From the NCBI GenBank assembly GCA_018398765.1, contig JAHBMJ010000124.1, forward strand, positions 62,001-126,000: a stretch of 64,000 nucleotides of DNA. The letters are read 5' to 3'. Under the pieces are notes generated by a model, which worked only from the letters and a program-made list of their open reading frames with translations, was not told where the DNA came from and did not search any database. Shown one piece after another: positions 60,274 to 64,000 of this stretch. Every line of letters starts with the position of its first letter. Positions within the stretch are counted from its first letter, which is position 1. Both the position numbers and the translations under genes were made by a program. Origin of the DNA: Chromera velia (lineage: Eukaryota).

Positions 60274-63200
60274 CGGGGTGCCTGCCACACGACGACTGCG
60301 CACACAGCCAGCAATGCGACTGCGTAGATGAGGGTGGAGACGATGGCCACAGGGAAGAGAGTCCACCTGCATCCAGTCACTCAATAAGGCAGAGGATCGC
60401 ACACGCACATGGGCACACATACATGCACACATACACATGCACTCGGTGAACGACGCACAGAGAGTCGCAAAGAGACCGAGGAAGAACGAGAAAAAAGGAA
60501 AAAGAAGATTTGAAGAAGAACTGCATGCCCTCTACTTGCGTGTCTCCATTTTCCTCCCTCTCCCACCTACCAGGTGGTCTCATAGCAGAAAAATGAAGGG
60601 TCCGAGACCAGAAAGAATCTCCCGTTGGGATGTTCCTTGCAGATGAACAGCTCGAGGGAGGAGTGGGTGACGGAGATGAAGAACGCACTGAAGAGGTATC
60701 CGTAGGTGTTCAGGACCATGTTGAAGTCCATCGGCTGGAATTCTTTCTTAGGTCTTGTGGCTACCTGGTTCTCACCCCCTTCGCCTTCTCCCTGTGCAGC
60801 TTGGTCTCCTTCTACGACTGTGCCCTCATCAGCCTCTTGGTGTTCTTCCTGATGGTGCGCTCTGGGGTGGCGTGTGTGTCTCGTTACCGTGCCTGCACCC
60901 ATCGTGGCTGTTGCTCTTCTCCTTCTCCTCTCTCTGACGATTGAGGCGATCAGATGGGAGATGCCGTAGCATGTCGCGAGGATCAACACGACCATTACGG
61001 GCAGGAGGATTCGGATGAGGTACTCCGCCATGTAGGGCTCCTCAGACCAGGCGGTGTCGATGCACTCCAGACGGAGGAAGTCAAAATCTGCAGGCAGGCA
61101 GGGAGGAAGAAGAAGACTGGGATCAGTTGATAAAAAAAAAACAGAAGATGAGAAACCGACCTCAAGCTGACTCGAAGCAGTGGCAGTTTGTCCCAGTTTG
61201 CAGCGCTCACTGACATCGGCATGGCTATCCACTCGTGCACAAAAAATGTGAGAGTGTAAAGCGCATCGAGTGAAAGCGCAAAACAACACTAGAAAACCGG
61301 CAGGCATGCCAAAAGACTGACTGAAGAGCAGAACTGAGAGTTCGTTGAGGGTCCTCCTCATCAGTGACTGTCCCTCTGCAGAGCTGGCGATGGTTTCCGT
61401 CTCTGTGACTGAGCCTGATGTGTTTTCAGACTCTGCCGTCTCCTCGGCATCCTTGCTGCCTGTCGTTGCAAAGTACGGAGTGAACAGCGCTGCCGACTGG
61501 AGGAACGTGAGGACCATTCCGCACACCGAGAGGAAGGAAGCGTAGGAAGCCGCACGACGCCGAGGAGGGCCGTTCAACTTCCAGTAGGCAATCAGGGGAG
61601 CTGCAGGGAGGGAGGGGGGGGGGAGGTATCAAGCAGGTGCGAACAAATTTGTGTGGCTCTCTCTCTTGGCATGCCACCATCAGAGGTGTGAATTTGGCGA
61701 TTGACCTTGAACAGCCGAGATAGATTCGATGGCAACACACATTGATGGCTGTAACGATGCAACGCAAGACACAGTTGCGTGAGGTTGCGTGGATGCACGC
61801 ATGAGACGAATTGAGAGTCACCCAAAAAAACTCAAGAAGCACAGACGACCGACCGATGGCCAAAGTCAGGAAGGCAAGGACAGCGAAGATGATCACAGTC
61901 CACGTCCTGCCTCCGCAGTCCATGCATTTACCCATCGTCCCAGACCAATATCTTTCCCCAGTGCAACGGTCGCAGAAGTGTCTGCAGTATGTGAGAGGAG
62001 TGTGCCGCACAAATGTTTACGCAGTGAGCATGTGCTCCGTGCCCACGGAGTAATTCCGCATCACAAGATTCCAAGAGGACAGAAGCAAAACAGAAAGAAA
62101 GAAAGAAAGAAAGAAAGAAAAGAAGAAGGGGATGAGAGAGAAACAAATGCAGAACAGACTCAGAGAGAATCCAGAACACAAAGCAAATCCAACCAGACAA
62201 ATGCACCCGAGCATCAGATCGATGCACTCTGTCTCTCTTACCCTTCAAAGTCCTCCGCACACTCCCCGCTTTTCCGTTCTCCCGGACATGCTGTTGCAGA
62301 AACGCATTCATACACAGACAGAGCTTCAAAGCGTTCTGCGTAGGTCTCGGAATCGACGGGTGCCGCGTAGTATCTGCAAGGAGAAAAGCAGTCACACAGT
62401 GGTTGTTCAGGTTGAAAGGGTGGAAAAAGAGACGACAGAGAGTAAAGAAGATAATATCTCCACCGGTTCTTGCGATAAGAGAACAGGAATACCACCTCTC
62501 CTCTCTCTTCATAATGCATGCTTGCATACTGGAACGTAGAGTCTCTCAGCAGCTACTGATCAGAGGTTTCTAATCGAGCAACCCGCCCTCGCCCACCCAA
62601 CCCACCCCACCCCTCCCCACACAGACTGACCCTGCAGCAACCAGAGGAGGAGAGTCCTTCTGCCCGCTGGGGTTCACGCATCCCTCTCCGCACATCACGC
62701 AAATGCCGTCCTTCGGGATGAAGTAGTAGTCTCTCTCGCCTGCATGCAGCCTCATAAGGTTCGCATACATGCATGAGATATGGACACATGGTGCATACAT
62801 ACATCGTGATCGTTCTGTTTTTCGGAGACTCCGTTTCTTCCGTCGAAATACAGACAGAGAGACCGACCCACGGGGTCACACGGCGTGAGTTAGGTCAGGT
62901 AGATGAGGAGTCAAACACGACAGATATGAGGGCGAGTAAGGACTTTCTCAATACAGGTCGTATCTTTTGAGAAGCATAAACGTGCGACGGATTCGCATTG
63001 ATCCCAAAATGAGGGACATGACAGAGGAGGGCAATGGCATTGCAATTTGGTCAGTCAGAAATAGAAGGGATGAGAACGAAACCCGTCTCCGCAGAAAGAT
63101 AACATAACCAAGTTCACGGTCAAGTTCCGTTATGATGATCAGGCTGGCGGGCTTGGGCTTTAGAGAAGTGGGTGTGTCTGTCTGTTGAACTGAAAACTGA

Positions 63201-64000
63201 CAGATGCAATCGCGCGTGGCGTTTGCAGATGCTTCGACCGAAGTCGTGAAGTTCGTTCCGCACTCCTGCACGCACATAGACGTAAAGAGAAACGATTCAG
63301 AGCGAGGATCAAAGCCACGAAGGAGCTCTTTTTCTCTCTCTCTCACACACACGCACTCACACACACGCACACGCACGCGCGCGCGTTGCAGATATCGTGC
63401 TTGTCACCATCCACCAGCATGCACACGAACTCGGACGATCTCTCGACTGACCAAGCACCCGGTCTGCCCGTACTCTTCCTGGTAGGACCCCACGGAACAT
63501 CGGAGGCACTCGGAGAGACCCGTGGTGTTACTGAAGTACCCGGCAGACTGCAGGATAAACAGATGATAAGAAGAATACGCGAATTCAAACATGAGTGCAT
63601 GACGAAGTACATACACCGAGAGAGAAACCACTGGCATTCCTAAGTACCTTGTAGAGTGCATTCCCGTGAGACAAACAACTGAATTAAGACGCCCAGTCAA
63701 ACATACATGCGAAAAACATCAAACTTCTGTTTCTCGTCTCGCTAGTTGGTCACTGTCTCATCTTGCTGAGTCCGTCTCAGCCTCTGTCTACATCTTGGTG
63801 ATACAACGAAAACAACGAAGGCGCTCCCCTTTCCCCCCACGCAGAAGGGGACTCACACAGGCGACGCAAGAAGCGCTTCCCGTTGAAGACTGCGCAGTGC
63901 CTGCCGGACACACAGTGCAGGAGCTGCTTCCCGTCTCTGGAGCGTGTGTTCCTGGGGGGCAGGAGGCACAGCTGCAAGGGGGCGGGAGAGAGAGAGAGAG
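56125..64000 (-). CDS. 3' part of a large multi-exon membrane protein: Cys-rich ectodomain (GCC2/GCC3 or ephrin-receptor-like CxxCPxG repeats), multiple TM helices, and a long disordered tail; 5' end lies outside the window
   Basis: Exon peptides in order: CASCPPGTHAPETGSSSCTVCPAG, GYFSNTTGLSECLRCSVGSYQEEYGQTGC, ATRDCIC, FCDRCTGERYWS..CMDC plus TM, LELFICKEHPNGRFFLVSDPSFFCY, further hydrophobic exons, and a last exon ending MEEQD at 56125. Confidence 0.8.

Overview
Eukaryotic nuclear DNA with intron-containing genes, microsatellite-filled introns and AT-rich repeat islands. The style (GTCAGT-type splice donors, abundant TGCATG, (GAAA)n/(GACA)n/(CAGT)n tracts, RNI-like LRR genes) suggests a chromerid alveolate such as Chromera; this is inference only. 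Gene models built by hand from splice sites and frame continuity: a 3-exon LRR protein, a secreted LpqC/PHB-depolymerase-like esterase, a GINS Psf3 homolog with two apparent frameshifts, a PSTAIRE CDK, a secreted protein with two 4-Cys modules, an 8-exon acylated LRR protein, an intronless orphan, and the 3' part of a Cys-rich multi-TM protein. Intergenic DNA holds nested non-autonomous DNA transposons with 8-bp TSDs, a gag-only LTR retroelement, satellites, and a decayed ORF with 18 IQ-like repeats. The most unusual signals are: (1) repeat copies differ almost only by C>T/G>A changes, many CpA>TpA, resembling RIP; (2) recurrent micro inverted triplications such as GA>GATCGA; (3) a ~120-bp leader shared just upstream of two unrelated genes. 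All alignments were done by eye.
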